Positions 32,304 to 42,844 of a DNA stretch of 64,000 nt are shown here, one piece after another (position 1 is the stretch's first letter; every line of letters starts with the position of its first letter). The notes under the pieces were generated by a model. That model worked only from the letters and a program-made list of their open reading frames with translations. It did not search any database and was not told where the DNA came from. The stretch is from Chthoniobacterales bacterium. GTDB taxonomy: Bacteria > Verrucomicrobiota > Verrucomicrobiia > Chthoniobacterales > JACTMZ01. A program made the position numbers and the translations under genes. Location of the stretch: assembly GCA_049315725.1 (NCBI GenBank), contig JBMOJP010000002.1, positions 17,220-81,219 of the forward strand, given 5' to 3'.

Positions 32304-34913
32304 ATGCACCGGCTCATCGCCATCGCCGTTCTTTTCGCTTCGCTCGCTCCGGCCGTCCGGGCCGGCTCCGGCGGCGAAGTCGTGGTTGGGGGCATCGAGT
32401 CCACAGCCGATCGCGAGGAGACTCGGCGCCAGCAAAACATCGCGCGGGCCGAGGAGGCCCTGCGTCGCGGTGATGCGGCGCTGGCGCGCGGCGACATCGA
32501 GGCGGCTTATCTGGCCTACAGAGACGCCCTCGACCTCGTGCCCGATGGCACAGCCACCAAAAGCCTGCGCGCCCGCGCCCTCTCCCGCTACTCCTCCACC
32601 GCGGTGCGCTACGCCGAGTATCTCGTCAGTCAGGGCGAATATGCGAAGGCTGAGGCCGTGGCCCGCGAGGTCTTGGAACCGCGTTACAACCCGAGTTATC
32701 AGCCAGCCGCCCTCTTCCTCTCGCACTTGGAGGAACCGGATTATTTCAACAAAACGATCACCCCGCAGTTCGCCGAGCGCCGGACCAAGGTCAATGATTT
32801 GCTTCTTCAAGCCACGGGATTTTCTGATTCCGGACGCTACGACCTGGCGGAAAAGCGCTACCAGCAGGTCTTGGCCGTCGACCCATACAACTCAGCCGCC
32901 TTCCGAGGCATGGAAGACGTCGAACTGGGAAAGCAACGCTACTACGACAGTGCCTACAATGAGACCCGCTCCCGCATGCTCTGGCAGGTGGACAAGGCGT
33001 GGGAGAGACCGAAACGTCGCTTCGTCGAGGCGCGCTCCACCGATTCCACCGCCCTGCAACAAGAGCGCCGGGGCACGGAGTTGATGATCGCCCGACTTAA
33101 CAGCATCACCATTCCCAAAGTTGATTTCCGGGACGCGACCGTCCGCCAAGCCATTACGTTCCTCCAGCAGCGGAGCCGCGACTTGGACACCACAGAGGCC
33201 GATGCGACCCAGCGCGGGATCAACATTGTTCTCAAGCTCCCCGCCACCCCGCCGCCCGCTCCGGCTGCGGCGGGAGATCTGCTCAGCGGCGACGCGGCGC
33301 CTGTCGCTGCGACTCCGGATAGCCGGATTACGCTAAACCTGACCGATGTGCCTCTCTACGAAGCGCTGCGCTATGTCGCAACTTTGGCGGGCCTTAAAGT
33401 CAAGGTGGAGCCTTTCGCTGTTTCGGTGGTGCCCCTCTCCGAGCCGACGGACACGCTGGAACAGCGCGAGTTCAAAGTTCCACCGGGATTCATCACGGGC
33501 GGTGCCACCAGCGCCGAGCCGGCCGCGCTGGCAGGCCGCTCGAGCAGTGCCGGCGGGACTGGCGGAACATTGTCCGCCAAGCAGGGCGCCCGTGACTTTC
33601 TTGAGTCGCAAGGCGTGGAATTTCCTCCTGGAGCCAGCGCCAACTTCATTGCCGGCAGCAGCCGCCTCGTCGTGCGGAACACCGCCCCCAACCTCGACCT
33701 GATCGAGTCTCTCGTCGATGCCGCCATGGGTGAACAGCCAACCCAGGTGGAGATCGAGGCCAAGTTTGTCGAGGTTTCTCAAGATAACCTGAAAGAGCTG
33801 GGGTTTGATTGGGCTCTCGGCCCCTTCTCCATTCCCGGATCCGATGCTGTCTTTGGCAGCGGTGGCACCCCGATCGCTTCTGGGAGTTCCGCCTATCCCT
33901 TCATCGATCCCGTGACGGGCACCGTGGTTGGCACCGACTCCGTCACCAGCGGCCTTCGCACCGGCAGCCAAGCCATTTCGGCCAATAGCATTGACGCGGT
34001 CATTGCGGGCACGGCCGGTGCCGCCACCGCCCCTGCCGCCGGTGTCTTCTCCATCTCAGGAGTCTTCACCAACCCTCAGTTTCAGGTTGTCCTGCGTGCC
34101 CTCAACCAGAAGAAAGGGGTGGACTTGATGGCGGCGCCGAAAGTGACCACGAAGAGCGGACAGAAAGCCACCATTACCATCAGCCGAGAGTTCCCCTATC
34201 CCGAAACGTATGCGCCTCCGCAGGTCCCGCAAAATACAGGCTCCGGAGCTCAAAATACCGCGGTGATAGGCCAAGCACAGCAAGCCGATCCGGTCGTTAC
34301 GCCCGCTTTCCCCCAGGATTTCACCACCAGGAATCTTGGCGTCACTCTTGAGGTCGAGCCCCAAATTGGTCCGGACGGCTACACCATCGACCTTAACCTC
34401 TCCCCGGAAGTTGTTGACTTTGACGGCTTCATCAACTACGGCAGCCCCATTTATTCAGCCGCTAACCTGACCGCCGCTCAGGATCTTCTCCAGGCGGCTC
34501 TGAATCCTACGAGCTTGCTGAATCCATCGGCTCGTTTTGAACCCCAACTGTTGACCACCAACATCATCAACCAGCCAGTCTTCAGTGTGCGCAAAATTAC
34601 GACCAACGTGAGTATTTGGGACGGGCAAACCGTGGCCTTGGGCGGCTTGATCAGCGAGAACATCCAAAAGGTCAATGACAAGGTTCCGGTCCTCGGCGAC
34701 ATCCCCTATGCCGGGGTCCTCTTCCGCTCCTCGGTCGACCAGAAGATCAAGACCAACCTCATCGTCTTCGTCACCGCACGCTTGATGGATGCGGCCGGTC
34801 AGCCTTTGCGCCCCGAGACCGATACCGATCAGGAAGAAATTGTTGAGCCTCTCGGATTACCGCAGGACCTGCGCAAACCCAGCGTCTCGGCCAAGGGGTT
34901 CCGGCAGAAGTAG
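32304..34913 (+). CDS. secretin-family outer-membrane channel, paralogue 2
   Basis: 869 aa from the ATG at 32304. Collinear with paralogue 1 over its whole length. Shared features are the signal peptide ending VRA-GSGG, YNPSYQPA..EEPDYFNKTITP, the STN-like block and the secretin core PVLGDIPYAGVLFRS...NLIVFVTARLMD. Confidence 0.85.
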   Translation: MHRLIAIAVLFASLAPAVRAGSGGEVVVGGIESTADREETRRQQNIARAEEALRRGDAALARGDIEAAYLAYRDALDLVPDGTATKSLRARALSRYSSTAVRYAEYLVSQGEYAKAEAVAREVLEPRYNPSYQPAALFLSHLEEPDYFNKTITPQFAERRTKVNDLLLQATGFSDSGRYDLAEKRYQQVLAVDPYNSAAFRGMEDVELGKQRYYDSAYNETRSRMLWQVDKAWERPKRRFVEARSTDSTALQQERRGTELMIARLNSITIPKVDFRDATVRQAITFLQQRSRDLDTTEADATQRGINIVLKLPATPPPAPAAAGDLLSGDAAPVAATPDSRITLNLTDVPLYEALRYVATLAGLKVKVEPFAVSVVPLSEPTDTLEQREFKVPPGFITGGATSAEPAALAGRSSSAGGTGGTLSAKQGARDFLESQGVEFPPGASANFIAGSSRLVVRNTAPNLDLIESLVDAAMGEQPTQVEIEAKFVEVSQDNLKELGFDWALGPFSIPGSDAVFGSGGTPIASGSSAYPFIDPVTGTVVGTDSVTSGLRTGSQAISANSIDAVIAGTAGAATAPAAGVFSISGVFTNPQFQVVLRALNQKKGVDLMAAPKVTTKSGQKATITISREFPYPETYAPPQVPQNTGSGAQNTAVIGQAQQADPVVTPAFPQDFTTRNLGVTLEVEPQIGPDGYTIDLNLSPEVVDFDGFINYGSPIYSAANLTAAQDLLQAALNPTSLLNPSARFEPQLLTTNIINQPVFSVRKITTNVSIWDGQTVALGGLISENIQKVNDKVPVLGDIPYAGVLFRSSVDQKIKTNLIVFVTARLMDAAGQPLRPETDTDQEEIVEPLGLPQDLRKPSVSAKGFRQK

Positions 34914-35010
34914 CGGACTTGGCCGAAGACGCCCAAGCGTCTGCCGCTTCCCTGCTTGACCGACCTAGAGGCCAGACGCCTCCGTTACCAACCACGTCAC
35001 TTCCAATTCC

Positions 35011-35598
35011 ATGCTGCTCGGACTCACAGGCGGCGTAGCCACCGGAAAATCCACCTTTGATGGATTCCTCCGCGCCCGCCACAGCTTTGCCCACTTCGAC
35101 GCGGATGCCTGCGTGCATGAGTTGCTGGCCGAAAACGCTGCCGTCATCGCTGAAGTAATCGGCCTGTTTGGCCCGACCGTGCGCGACGCCTCCGGGGGCA
35201 TTGATCGGGCGGCGGTGCGTCGCATCGTCTTCCGCGATCCGGCGGCCCGCGCCCGCTTGGAGAAGATCCTGCACCCTCGCGTGCGCGAGCGCTGGCAAGC
35301 CCTCCTGTCGGTCTGCCTGGCGACCGGAGAAGACATGCTCTGCAACATCCCACTCCTTTTCGAGACGTCGGCCGAGGGCTTTTTTGACCTGACCATCGTC
35401 GTGGCCGCCACGACGGATCGGCAGCGAAGCCGCATGGCTGCTCGTGGGTTGGATGAAGCAACGATCGAAGCCCTCCTGGCCAGCCAGTGGCCCATGGAGG
35501 ACAAAATCCGCGGCGCTTCCCTCGTCGTTTGGAACGACGGCAGCAAAGAGGCGCTGCAACGTCAGGCCGAGGCCACCCTCGCCCGTATTTTTTCATGA
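35011..35598 (+). CDS. coaE: dephospho-CoA kinase
   Basis: 195 aa. MLLGLTGGVATGKST P-loop and PLLFE. Confidence 0.9.
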   Translation: MLLGLTGGVATGKSTFDGFLRARHSFAHFDADACVHELLAENAAVIAEVIGLFGPTVRDASGGIDRAAVRRIVFRDPAARARLEKILHPRVRERWQALLSVCLATGEDMLCNIPLLFETSAEGFFDLTIVVAATTDRQRSRMAARGLDEATIEALLASQWPMEDKIRGASLVVWNDGSKEALQRQAEATLARIFS

Positions 35599-36932
35599 AG
35601 ACCATGCTCGCCCCACAGCCTGAGACTGGCCCGACCGAGCTTTCCGTTTTTCCGCCGAATGCAGCTGCGGTGGCCGGCTTCGAAGCTTCGGTGGATGACC
35701 TGCAGCGTCTGAATCATGTCGGACTGACTTCACTGCTCGATCGTTACCAGTTGCGCCCCCGCCCGGACGCGACCAAGCGTCACCTCGTCTTTGATCTCTG
35801 CCGGTTCCTCGTCGCGGCGGGCGCGAAGCTTACGGTTGCTGGCATCATCGAAACCATGGCCGACCATGCCATGCTGCGCTGGGCCCGCTACAACTTCGCG
35901 GCCGGGCCGGACGATCTGTTTGTCTCCATCGGACTGGTGCGTGATTTCAACCTGCAGAGCGGTCTTCGCGTCCGGGGCACACTGCGCCTGCCGGCCGATC
36001 GGGAGCGCTATTGTGCGCTCGTTGATCTCACGACCATCGAGGAAATCCCGGTGGCCGAATGGAAAAGCCCCACCCCGTTCGACAAACTGACGCCGCTTTT
36101 TCCCCAGGAACGGATCATGTTGGAGAGCCTGACCGAGCCGACCCTCAGCGCCCGCGCCGTGGACCTGATCGCCCCGCTCGGCAAGGGACAGCGCGCGCTC
36201 ATCGTCGCTCCGCCGCGGACCGGAAAAACCATCCTGATGAAGCACCTCGCGCAGGCCATCCGCTCGACCGCCCCCGACGTGCGGCTCATGCTTCTCCTGG
36301 TGGACGAGCGACCCGAGGAGGTGACAGACCTGCGGCGCTCGATTGATGCCGATATTTACAGCTCAACCTTCGACGAATCACCCCAGCGCCACACGGAACT
36401 GGCCGAATTGGTCAGCGAGCGAGCCAAGCGCCTCGTCGAGTTGGGCCAGGATGTGGTCATTCTCCTCGACAGCATCACCCGCCTGGCCCGGGGCTACAAC
36501 AACCTCCAGCCCGGCAAGGGTCGCATCATGTCTGGCGGCGTCGATGCCAAGGCCCTGATGAAGCCGAAACGCTTCTTCGGCGCCGCCCGCAATACGGAGG
36601 AAGGGGGCAGCCTGACCATTGTCGCCACGGCGTTGGTGGAAACGCAGAGCCGGATGGATGACCTGATCTTCGAGGAGTTCAAGGGCACGGGAAACATGGA
36701 AGTCCACCTCGATAGGACCATCGCCGATCAGCGCATCTTTCCAGCCATCCATGTGACCAAGTCGGCGACTCGCCGGGAGGAAAATCTTTACCATCCGGAC
36801 GAGCTGGCCCGGGTCATTGTGTTGCGCAAGCAATTGAACGAGTTGCCTGCCGTCGAGGCCATGGAGACCCTCATGGCGAACCTGAACCGCACCCAGAGCA
36901 ACGCCGAGCTGTTGCTTCGTGGGCTCCGCTGA
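35595..36932 (+). CDS. rho: transcription termination factor Rho
   Basis: 445 aa from the ATG at 35595 (ATGA overlap with the coaE stop). [18 protein letters not shown] Walker [11 protein letters not shown], and [10 protein letters not shown]...GGVDA...KRFFGAARN. Confidence 0.95.
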   Translation: MKTMLAPQPETGPTELSVFPPNAAAVAGFEASVDDLQRLNHVGLTSLLDRYQLRPRPDATKRHLVFDLCRFLVAAGAKLTVAGIIETMADHAMLRWARYNFAAGPDDLFVSIGLVRDFNLQSGLRVRGTLRLPADRERYCALVDLTTIEEIPVAEWKSPTPFDKLTPLFPQERIMLESLTEPTLSARAVDLIAPLGKGQRALIVAPPRTGKTILMKHLAQAIRSTAPDVRLMLLLVDERPEEVTDLRRSIDADIYSSTFDESPQRHTELAELVSERAKRLVELGQDVVILLDSITRLARGYNNLQPGKGRIMSGGVDAKALMKPKRFFGAARNTEEGGSLTIVATALVETQSRMDDLIFEEFKGTGNMEVHLDRTIADQRIFPAIHVTKSATRREENLYHPDELARVIVLRKQLNELPAVEAMETLMANLNRTQSNAELLLRGLR

Positions 36933-36934
36933 AC

Positions 36935-37729
36935 ATGAGCGCTCACCTCGATGACCACCTGCCAGCGGAAACTGCTCCGGCTAATCCGTTCGAACGCCGC
37001 ATTGGTTACAAATTCCGCAATTCCCTCCTCCTCGCCGAGGCCCTGACCCACCCGAGTCTCTCCTTCGAACGGAAAACCTTTCACTTCGACAACCAACGCT
37101 TGGAGTTCCTCGGTGACGCCGTTCTCCAATTGGTCGTCACCCACCATCTTTACCGGCTTTTTCCCACGTTCAGTGAGGGGCAGCTGACCAAGCTGCGGTC
37201 GAGGATTGTTTCGCGGGAAGGCCTGAAAAAGCACGCCCTCGCCCTTGACCTCGGTCGCTATCTCATGCTCGGCCGCGGCGAGGAGGCCAGCCACGGACGC
37301 GACCGATCGTCCAACCTGGCTGACGCTTTTGAAGCCTTGGTCGGGGCGCTCTACCTGGACAGCGACCTTGAAACGGTCAGGCGGTTTGTTCTCCGCGTGG
37401 CCGGCGATGATTTGGCCGCCCTCACCCGCGAACCGGGCGAGCACAATCCGAAGGGTGAGTTGCAGGAAATCCTCCAGGCGCTCTCGCCGCAAAGCCCTGG
37501 TTATGAGGTCGTGGCCGAAACCGGTCCCGACCACCTCAAGGAGTTTGTTTGCCGGGTTCTTTGGGAGGGACGCGAGATCGGGCGCGGCACGGGCCAGAGC
37601 AAGAAGCAGGCGGAAATCAACGCCGCTGCGCGGGCCCTGGAACTTCGTGTCTGGTCCATGGCCCAGCAGCGCCCTAACCAGGCTGCTGGTATTCCTGCAG
37701 ACAACGGACGGAATAGCCCGCCTTCTTGA
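36935..37729 (+). CDS. rnc: ribonuclease III
   Basis: 264 aa. [16 protein letters not shown] catalytic signature, a dsRBD ending [16 protein letters not shown], and a C-terminal tail of about 30 aa that runs into the carB 3' end. Confidence 0.9.
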   Translation: MSAHLDDHLPAETAPANPFERRIGYKFRNSLLLAEALTHPSLSFERKTFHFDNQRLEFLGDAVLQLVVTHHLYRLFPTFSEGQLTKLRSRIVSREGLKKHALALDLGRYLMLGRGEEASHGRDRSSNLADAFEALVGALYLDSDLETVRRFVLRVAGDDLAALTREPGEHNPKGELQEILQALSPQSPGYEVVAETGPDHLKEFVCRVLWEGREIGRGTGQSKKQAEINAAARALELRVWSMAQQRPNQAAGIPADNGRNSPPS

Positions 37730-40700
37730 GCGACTTGATCGCGCGAATACTCATCCGGGCGGCGCGCAGGGTGGTCATGATGGGAATGCGATGCGCGACG
37801 GCCGCGCTGCGGATGGCCACCTCGTCGCGACGGGGATTTTTCCCGTGCGGCGTGTTGATGATGAACTGCATCTCACCGTTCTTGATCAGATCGAGCAGAT
37901 TGGGGCGTCCGTCCGCCAATTTGTAGACCAGCGAGGCCTCCACCCCAGCCCGACGGAGCACCTCGAGTGTGCCTTTCGTCGCGTGCAAGTTGAAGCCCTC
38001 TGAGGAGAACTCCCGGGCAATCGGCACCACTTGATCCTTGTCCGCATCCTTCACGCTGACGAAAACATTCCCACCCGACGGCAGCGGTGGCTGGGCCGAC
38101 ATCTGCGCCTTGGCGTAGGCAATCCCCAGGTCGTAATCCAAGCCCATGACCTCGCCCGTCGAGCGCATTTCGGGCCCGAGGGTGATATCCACCCCGGGAA
38201 ATTTGATGAACGGGAAAACTGCTTCCTTGACCGCATAGTGGGGTGGAAGGATCTCCTCCGTCAGTCCCAACTCCGCCAGAGTTTTCCCCGCCATGAGTTT
38301 GGCCGCCACTTTGGCCAGCGGCACGCCGATCGCCTTGCTCACGTAAGGCACGGTGCGCGAAGCCCGCGGGTTGACCTCGAGCACGTAAACCTCTTCGTCC
38401 TTGACCGCGAACTGCACGTTCATCAGGCCGCAAACCTTCAATTCCTTCGCCATGGCTTGGGCCGCGGACCGCAGTTGCGCGAGGACGTCCACCGAGAGGG
38501 AAAAACTCGGGATCACGCACGCACTGTCCCCGCTGTGAACCCCGGCTTCCTCGATGTGCTCCATCACACCACCGATGACGGTTTCGTTCCCGTCACTCAG
38601 ACAATCGACGTCCACCTCGGTGGCGTCCTCGAGGAATCGGTCGACCAGCACCGGGCGATCCGGGCTGGCCTTGACCGCGTGGCGCATGTAGCGGCGCAGG
38701 TCTTCCGGAGTGTAGACAATTTCCATGGCGCGTCCGCCCAGGACGAAGGACGGACGGACCAAAACCGGGTAGCCCACTTTTTCCGCCACGGCGACGGCTT
38801 CATCCTCATTGGTGGCCGTCCCGCCCTGCGTGGCCCGCAGGCCCAGACGGTCGAGCATGGCGGCAAAAAACTTCCGATCCTCCGCCATCTCGATGCTGGT
38901 CGGCGAGGTGCCAATGATCTGCACGCCGTTGGCTTCCAGCGCCGCCGCGAGGTTCAGCGGGGTCTGGCCCCCGAATTGGACGATGGCGGCATCGCACTTC
39001 TCCCGCTCGTAAATGTTGAGCACGTCCTCCAGCGTCAGCGGTTCGAAATACAGCTTGTCGCTCGTGTCGTAGTCGGTCGAAACCGTCTCGGGGTTGGAGT
39101 TGACCATAATGGTTTCCCAGCCCAACTCCTTGAAGGCAAAAGCCGCGTGGACGCAACAGTAGTCGAACTCGATGCCTTGCCCGATGCGGTTCGGGCCACC
39201 GCCCAGAATCATCACCCGCTTCTTCGCGGTGGCCCGCGTTTCATCCTCATCGCCGTAGGTGGAGTAAAAATACGGCGTGTAGGCCTCAAACTCGGCCGCG
39301 CAGGTATCGACCAGGCGATACGTCGGCACAACCCCGGCGGATTTGCGCGCCACCCGGACCGCCGACTCGTCGCGGCCGGTGAGATAAGCAATTTGCCGGT
39401 CCGAAAAGCCGTGCCGTTTCATCTTCCGCCAAGGCACGTCCGCGAGGTCGCGCGGGCACTCCTGTTCAACGGCTACAATCTTGGCCAGTCCCTGCAAGAA
39501 CCATGGGTCGATGCCCGTCAACTCGTGGATGCGCTCCACCCCCCACCCCGCGAGCAGGGCATGGCGCAGGCTGAAAATCCTCTCGGCCCACGGCACACGC
39601 AGCAGCTGCTCGAGCTTCTCCGCATCGAGCGTGCCATCCGCCAGCAAGGGCGGGGCATCTTTCCCGTCCGCGCCGAAGCCGGCCCGGCCGGTTTCGAGGG
39701 AACGCAGGGCCTTTTGCAGCGCCTCTTTGAAAGTTCGCCCGATGGCCATGGCCTCCCCCACGCTTTTCATCTGCGTGGTCAGGACCGGGTCAGCTTGGGG
39801 AAATTTCTCGAAGGTAAACCGGGGAATTTTGACCACACAGTAATCGATGGTCGGCTCAAAACTCGCCGGGGTTTCGCGCGTGATGTCATTGCGCAATTCG
39901 TCGAGCGTGTAGCCGACCGCCAGCTTGGCCGCGATCTTGGCGATGGGAAACCCCGTGGCCTTGGAGGCCAGGGCCGAGGAACGCGAGACCCTCGGATTCA
40001 TCTCGATCACCACCATGCGTCCGCTTTCCGGACAGACCGCGAACTGGATGTTCGATCCCCCGGTTTCCACCCCAATGGCGCGGATGACGGCAAAGGAAGC
40101 GTCGCGCATGGCCTGGTATTCACGATCGGTCAGGGTCTGGATCGGAGCCACCGTGATGGAATCACCCGTGTGCACCCCCATGGGGTCGAAGTTCTCGATC
40201 GAGCAAACGACCACGCAGTTGTCGGCCCGATCCCTCATGACCTCGATCTCAAATTCCTTCCAGCCCAGGAGCGACTCCTCGATGAGGACTTCCGTCGTCG
40301 GCGACAGGTCCAGCCCCCGGGCCACGATCGCCTCAAACTCCTCCCGGTTGTAGGCGATGCCGCCACCGCTGCCGCCCAGCGTGTAGGCTGGTCGAATGAT
40401 GAGCGGGTAGCGGCCAATCTCCGCCGCCACGGCCACCGCCTCGGATAAATCATGGGCCACGCCGGACTGCGCGACATCAAGGCCGATCTCAAGCATGATC
40501 TGCTTGAAAAGCAGGCGGTCCTCGCCGCGTTCAATCGCGTCAGCCTTCGCCCCGATCAAGCGGGTGCCGAGGCGCTCAAGTTCGCCACTGCGGTGCAAAT
40601 CCATGGCCGCGTTGAGCGCCGTCTGCCCACCCAGCGTGGGCAGCACGGCATCCGGCTTCTCCCGCTCGATGATCTTGACGATCGCCTCCGGGGTGATCGG

Positions 40701-40901
40701 CTCGATGTAGGTCCGGTCGGCAAACTCCGGATCGGTCATGATGGTGGCCGGGTTGGAGTTGACCAGAACGACCTGATACCCCTCCTCGCGCAGGGCCTTG
40801 CAGGCCTGAACTCCTGAATAGTCAAACTCGCAGCCCTGGCCGATGACGATGGGACCGGAGCCGATGATGAGAATTTTATGCAGGGAGGTGTCTTTGGCCA
40901 T
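37674..40901 (-). CDS. carB: carbamoyl-phosphate synthase large subunit
   Basis: 1075 aa. [42 protein letters not shown], a duplicated ATP-grasp halves architecture, and an MGS-like C-terminus. Confidence 0.97.
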   Translation of the reverse strand: MAKDTSLHKILIIGSGPIVIGQGCEFDYSGVQACKALREEGYQVVLVNSNPATIMTDPEFADRTYIEPITPEAIVKIIEREKPDAVLPTLGGQTALNAAMDLHRSGELERLGTRLIGAKADAIERGEDRLLFKQIMLEIGLDVAQSGVAHDLSEAVAVAAEIGRYPLIIRPAYTLGGSGGGIAYNREEFEAIVARGLDLSPTTEVLIEESLLGWKEFEIEVMRDRADNCVVVCSIENFDPMGVHTGDSITVAPIQTLTDREYQAMRDASFAVIRAIGVETGGSNIQFAVCPESGRMVVIEMNPRVSRSSALASKATGFPIAKIAAKLAVGYTLDELRNDITRETPASFEPTIDYCVVKIPRFTFEKFPQADPVLTTQMKSVGEAMAIGRTFKEALQKALRSLETGRAGFGADGKDAPPLLADGTLDAEKLEQLLRVPWAERIFSLRHALLAGWGVERIHELTGIDPWFLQGLAKIVAVEQECPRDLADVPWRKMKRHGFSDRQIAYLTGRDESAVRVARKSAGVVPTYRLVDTCAAEFEAYTPYFYSTYGDEDETRATAKKRVMILGGGPNRIGQGIEFDYCCVHAAFAFKELGWETIMVNSNPETVSTDYDTSDKLYFEPLTLEDVLNIYEREKCDAAIVQFGGQTPLNLAAALEANGVQIIGTSPTSIEMAEDRKFFAAMLDRLGLRATQGGTATNEDEAVAVAEKVGYPVLVRPSFVLGGRAMEIVYTPEDLRRYMRHAVKASPDRPVLVDRFLEDATEVDVDCLSDGNETVIGGVMEHIEEAGVHSGDSACVIPSFSLSVDVLAQLRSAAQAMAKELKVCGLMNVQFAVKDEEVYVLEVNPRASRTVPYVSKAIGVPLAKVAAKLMAGKTLAELGLTEEILPPHYAVKEAVFPFIKFPGVDITLGPEMRSTGEVMGLDYDLGIAYAKAQMSAQPPLPSGGNVFVSVKDADKDQVVPIAREFSSEGFNLHATKGTLEVLRRAGVEASLVYKLADGRPNLLDLIKNGEMQFIINTPHGKNPRRDEVAIRSAAVAHRIPIMTTLRAARMSIRAIKSLKKAGYSVRCLQEYQQPG

Positions 40902-41013
40902 GGTCGACGGGCAGTCCGCTTATTTAGCGGGAGGGGCTGTGCGGTGCAATCCAAGGCTTGCCCCCGGTCACTTGGGTCTTGCGCGCGGCTGGCCGGCTAA
41001 TGAAGATGACCGC

Positions 41014-41277
41014 ATGGTTGAGTTTGAGGTCTACGCCGCCGGGATCCGCGCCCCGGACAGGCTCCTGGGCTTGGACTTGGAGTTGGGGGCCATTCCCGGC
41101 TTGCGCTACAAGGTGGACACCCTCCACGACATTATTTTTCTCGAGTCGGACGACGCAAATTTGTCCCTCGAGGAAATCAGAAGCATTTTTAACAAGTTGG
41201 ACCTCCGCGCGCGCTTTGTCGGTCAGACTCACACGGTGGCCCGGTCGCAGTCGGCCACGCAGTTAATCCGGCCCTGA
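41014..41277 (+). CDS. hypothetical 87-aa protein upstream of the mla genes
   Basis: Internal ATG of ORF 40843..41277, chosen so that it does not overlap the carB start. MVEFEVYAAGIRAP...LSLEEIRSIFNKLDL. No motif recognised. Confidence 0.35.
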   Translation: MVEFEVYAAGIRAPDRLLGLDLELGAIPGLRYKVDTLHDIIFLESDDANLSLEEIRSIFNKLDLRARFVGQTHTVARSQSATQLIRP

Positions 41278-41291
41278 TCGCCAGAAGCGCC

Positions 41292-42080
41292 ATGGCTGTC
41301 GCCCGTTACGCCGGACACCTGCTGCTTTCCCTCACCCGCTACCTTGGCGACCTTGCGCTCCTGGCGGGAGAAACGCTGCGCGGCATCTTCCTCGGGCACG
41401 TCAGGTTCCGGCTCGTCCTGCAGCAGATTTACGAGGTGGGCTTCCGCTCGCAATTGGTCGTCCTCATCACCGGCGCTTTTACCGGTGCGGTCTTCGCCAC
41501 CCAAACCTATTTCCAGTTCCACCGCCTGCAAATGGACACCGCCGTTGGCCCGGTGGTCAGCGTGTCCATGTTCCGAGAACTAGGGCCCGTGCTCTGCGGG
41601 CTGATGGTCGCCGGCCGGGTCGGTGCGGCCATGTCGGCCGAGTTGGGCACGATGAAGGTGACGGAGCAGATCGATGCCCTGCGCGCCCTCGCGGTGCATC
41701 CGGTGGACTACCTCGTGATCCCTCGATTCCTCGGCATGCTCATTTCCATGCCCTTGCTTGTGGCCGAGTGCATCGCGATCGGAATTTTCGCCGCCTACCT
41801 CGTGACCACGCAAATTTTGGGGGTCTCGGAGGTTTATTACCTGCAAAACATGCTCCAGTTCACCGGCAGCCGGGACGTGGCCATGGGGCTGATCAAGGGC
41901 ATGGTCTTCGGCGTTCTCATCGTCTTCATCAGCTGCCATCAGGGCCTCAATGCCCGCGAGGGCGCGGTCGGAGTCGGCCGTGCCACCACGGAGGCCGTGG
42001 TCATCGGGTCGCTCTTTATCCTCATCGTCAATTTTTTCCTCACTATGATGCTGAACATCTTTTTCCCCGCCGGCAAATGA
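41292..42080 (+). CDS. mlaE: MlaE-family ABC transporter permease
   Basis: 262 aa. QIYEVGFRSQLVVLITGAFTGAVFATQ...RELGPVLCGLMVAGRVGAAMSAELGTMKVTEQIDAL. Confidence 0.85.
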   Translation: MAVARYAGHLLLSLTRYLGDLALLAGETLRGIFLGHVRFRLVLQQIYEVGFRSQLVVLITGAFTGAVFATQTYFQFHRLQMDTAVGPVVSVSMFRELGPVLCGLMVAGRVGAAMSAELGTMKVTEQIDALRALAVHPVDYLVIPRFLGMLISMPLLVAECIAIGIFAAYLVTTQILGVSEVYYLQNMLQFTGSRDVAMGLIKGMVFGVLIVFISCHQGLNAREGAVGVGRATTEAVVIGSLFILIVNFFLTMMLNIFFPAGK

Positions 42081-42841
42081 CGGGGCCCTCCCATCACCCC
42101 GAGGCCATCGAGGTGGATCGCCTGGTGCAGACCCTGGGCGGGCAGGAGATTCTGCGAGGCTTCAGCCTCAAGGTCTCTCGAGGAGAAACGCTCGCCTTGC
42201 TTGGGCGGAGCGGCGGGGGCAAGAGCGTTTTCCTCCGCCACCTCATCGGGCTTCTCCCTCCCCTCATGGGCAGAATTGTGATCGACGGCCGCGACATTTC
42301 CCAGCTGACCGAACGGGAAATCGCCCCCGTCCGGCGCACCATGGGGATGCTTTTTCAGAACGGCGCGCTCTTTGATTCGATGAACGTGGGTGACAATGTC
42401 GCGTTTCCTTTGCGGGAGCGAGGCGAGAAGGATCAAGCCGTGGTTGCGGCCAAAGTTCAGGAGGCGCTGGAGATGGTCGACCTCGGCGGTCAGCAGGCCA
42501 AGATGCCCGTCAACCTCAGCGGAGGCATGCGCAAGCGTGTGGCTCTGGCCCGCGCGCTCGTCAACCAGCCCAGTTGCATGCTCTACGACGAACCGACCGC
42601 CGGGCTCGATCCCATCGTGGCCGACAGCATTGACCTGCTCATCCGGCGGTTGCAGCGGAAACTGCATGTCACCTCTGTGGTGGTCACCCATGACATGAAG
42701 AGCACCTTCACCATCGCCGATCATGTGGCTTTCCTGCACGAAGGACGGTGCTACTTTTACGGCACCTGCGATGAAATGCGGGCCTCGACGGATCCGATCA
42801 TCCGTGATTTTGTCGAAGGCCGCTCTCACGACCAGCCCTGA
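42077..42841 (+). CDS. mlaF: MlaF-like ABC transporter ATP-binding protein
   Basis: 254 aa from the ATG at 42077 (ATGA overlap). GRSGGGKSV Walker A, LSGGMRKRVALARAL signature, and MLYDEPTAGLD Walker B. Confidence 0.85.
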   Translation: MTGPSHHPEAIEVDRLVQTLGGQEILRGFSLKVSRGETLALLGRSGGGKSVFLRHLIGLLPPLMGRIVIDGRDISQLTEREIAPVRRTMGMLFQNGALFDSMNVGDNVAFPLRERGEKDQAVVAAKVQEALEMVDLGGQQAKMPVNLSGGMRKRVALARALVNQPSCMLYDEPTAGLDPIVADSIDLLIRRLQRKLHVTSVVVTHDMKSTFTIADHVAFLHEGRCYFYGTCDEMRASTDPIIRDFVEGRSHDQP

Positions 42842-42844
42842 ACC

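Noticed and set aside
29873-34913. The secretins as part of a type II or type III secretion system or a filamentous-phage module.
   Set aside because: No GspE/F/G-K, T3SS basal-body or phage genes are nearby. The upstream genes are of the PilM/N/O/P type.
34927-34942. The hairpin AGACGC-ccaa-GCGTCT after the second secretin, as an intrinsic terminator.
   Set aside because: It has only a 6-bp stem and no following T-tract, so it is not convincing as a Rho-independent terminator.
38031-40448. An 805-aa ORF on the plus strand opposite carB.
   Set aside because: It lies entirely antisense to an unmistakable carB gene. Its composition is Arg/Gly/His/Pro-rich and low-complexity, with no motifs. 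This is a typical stop-poor shadow ORF of a high-GC genome.
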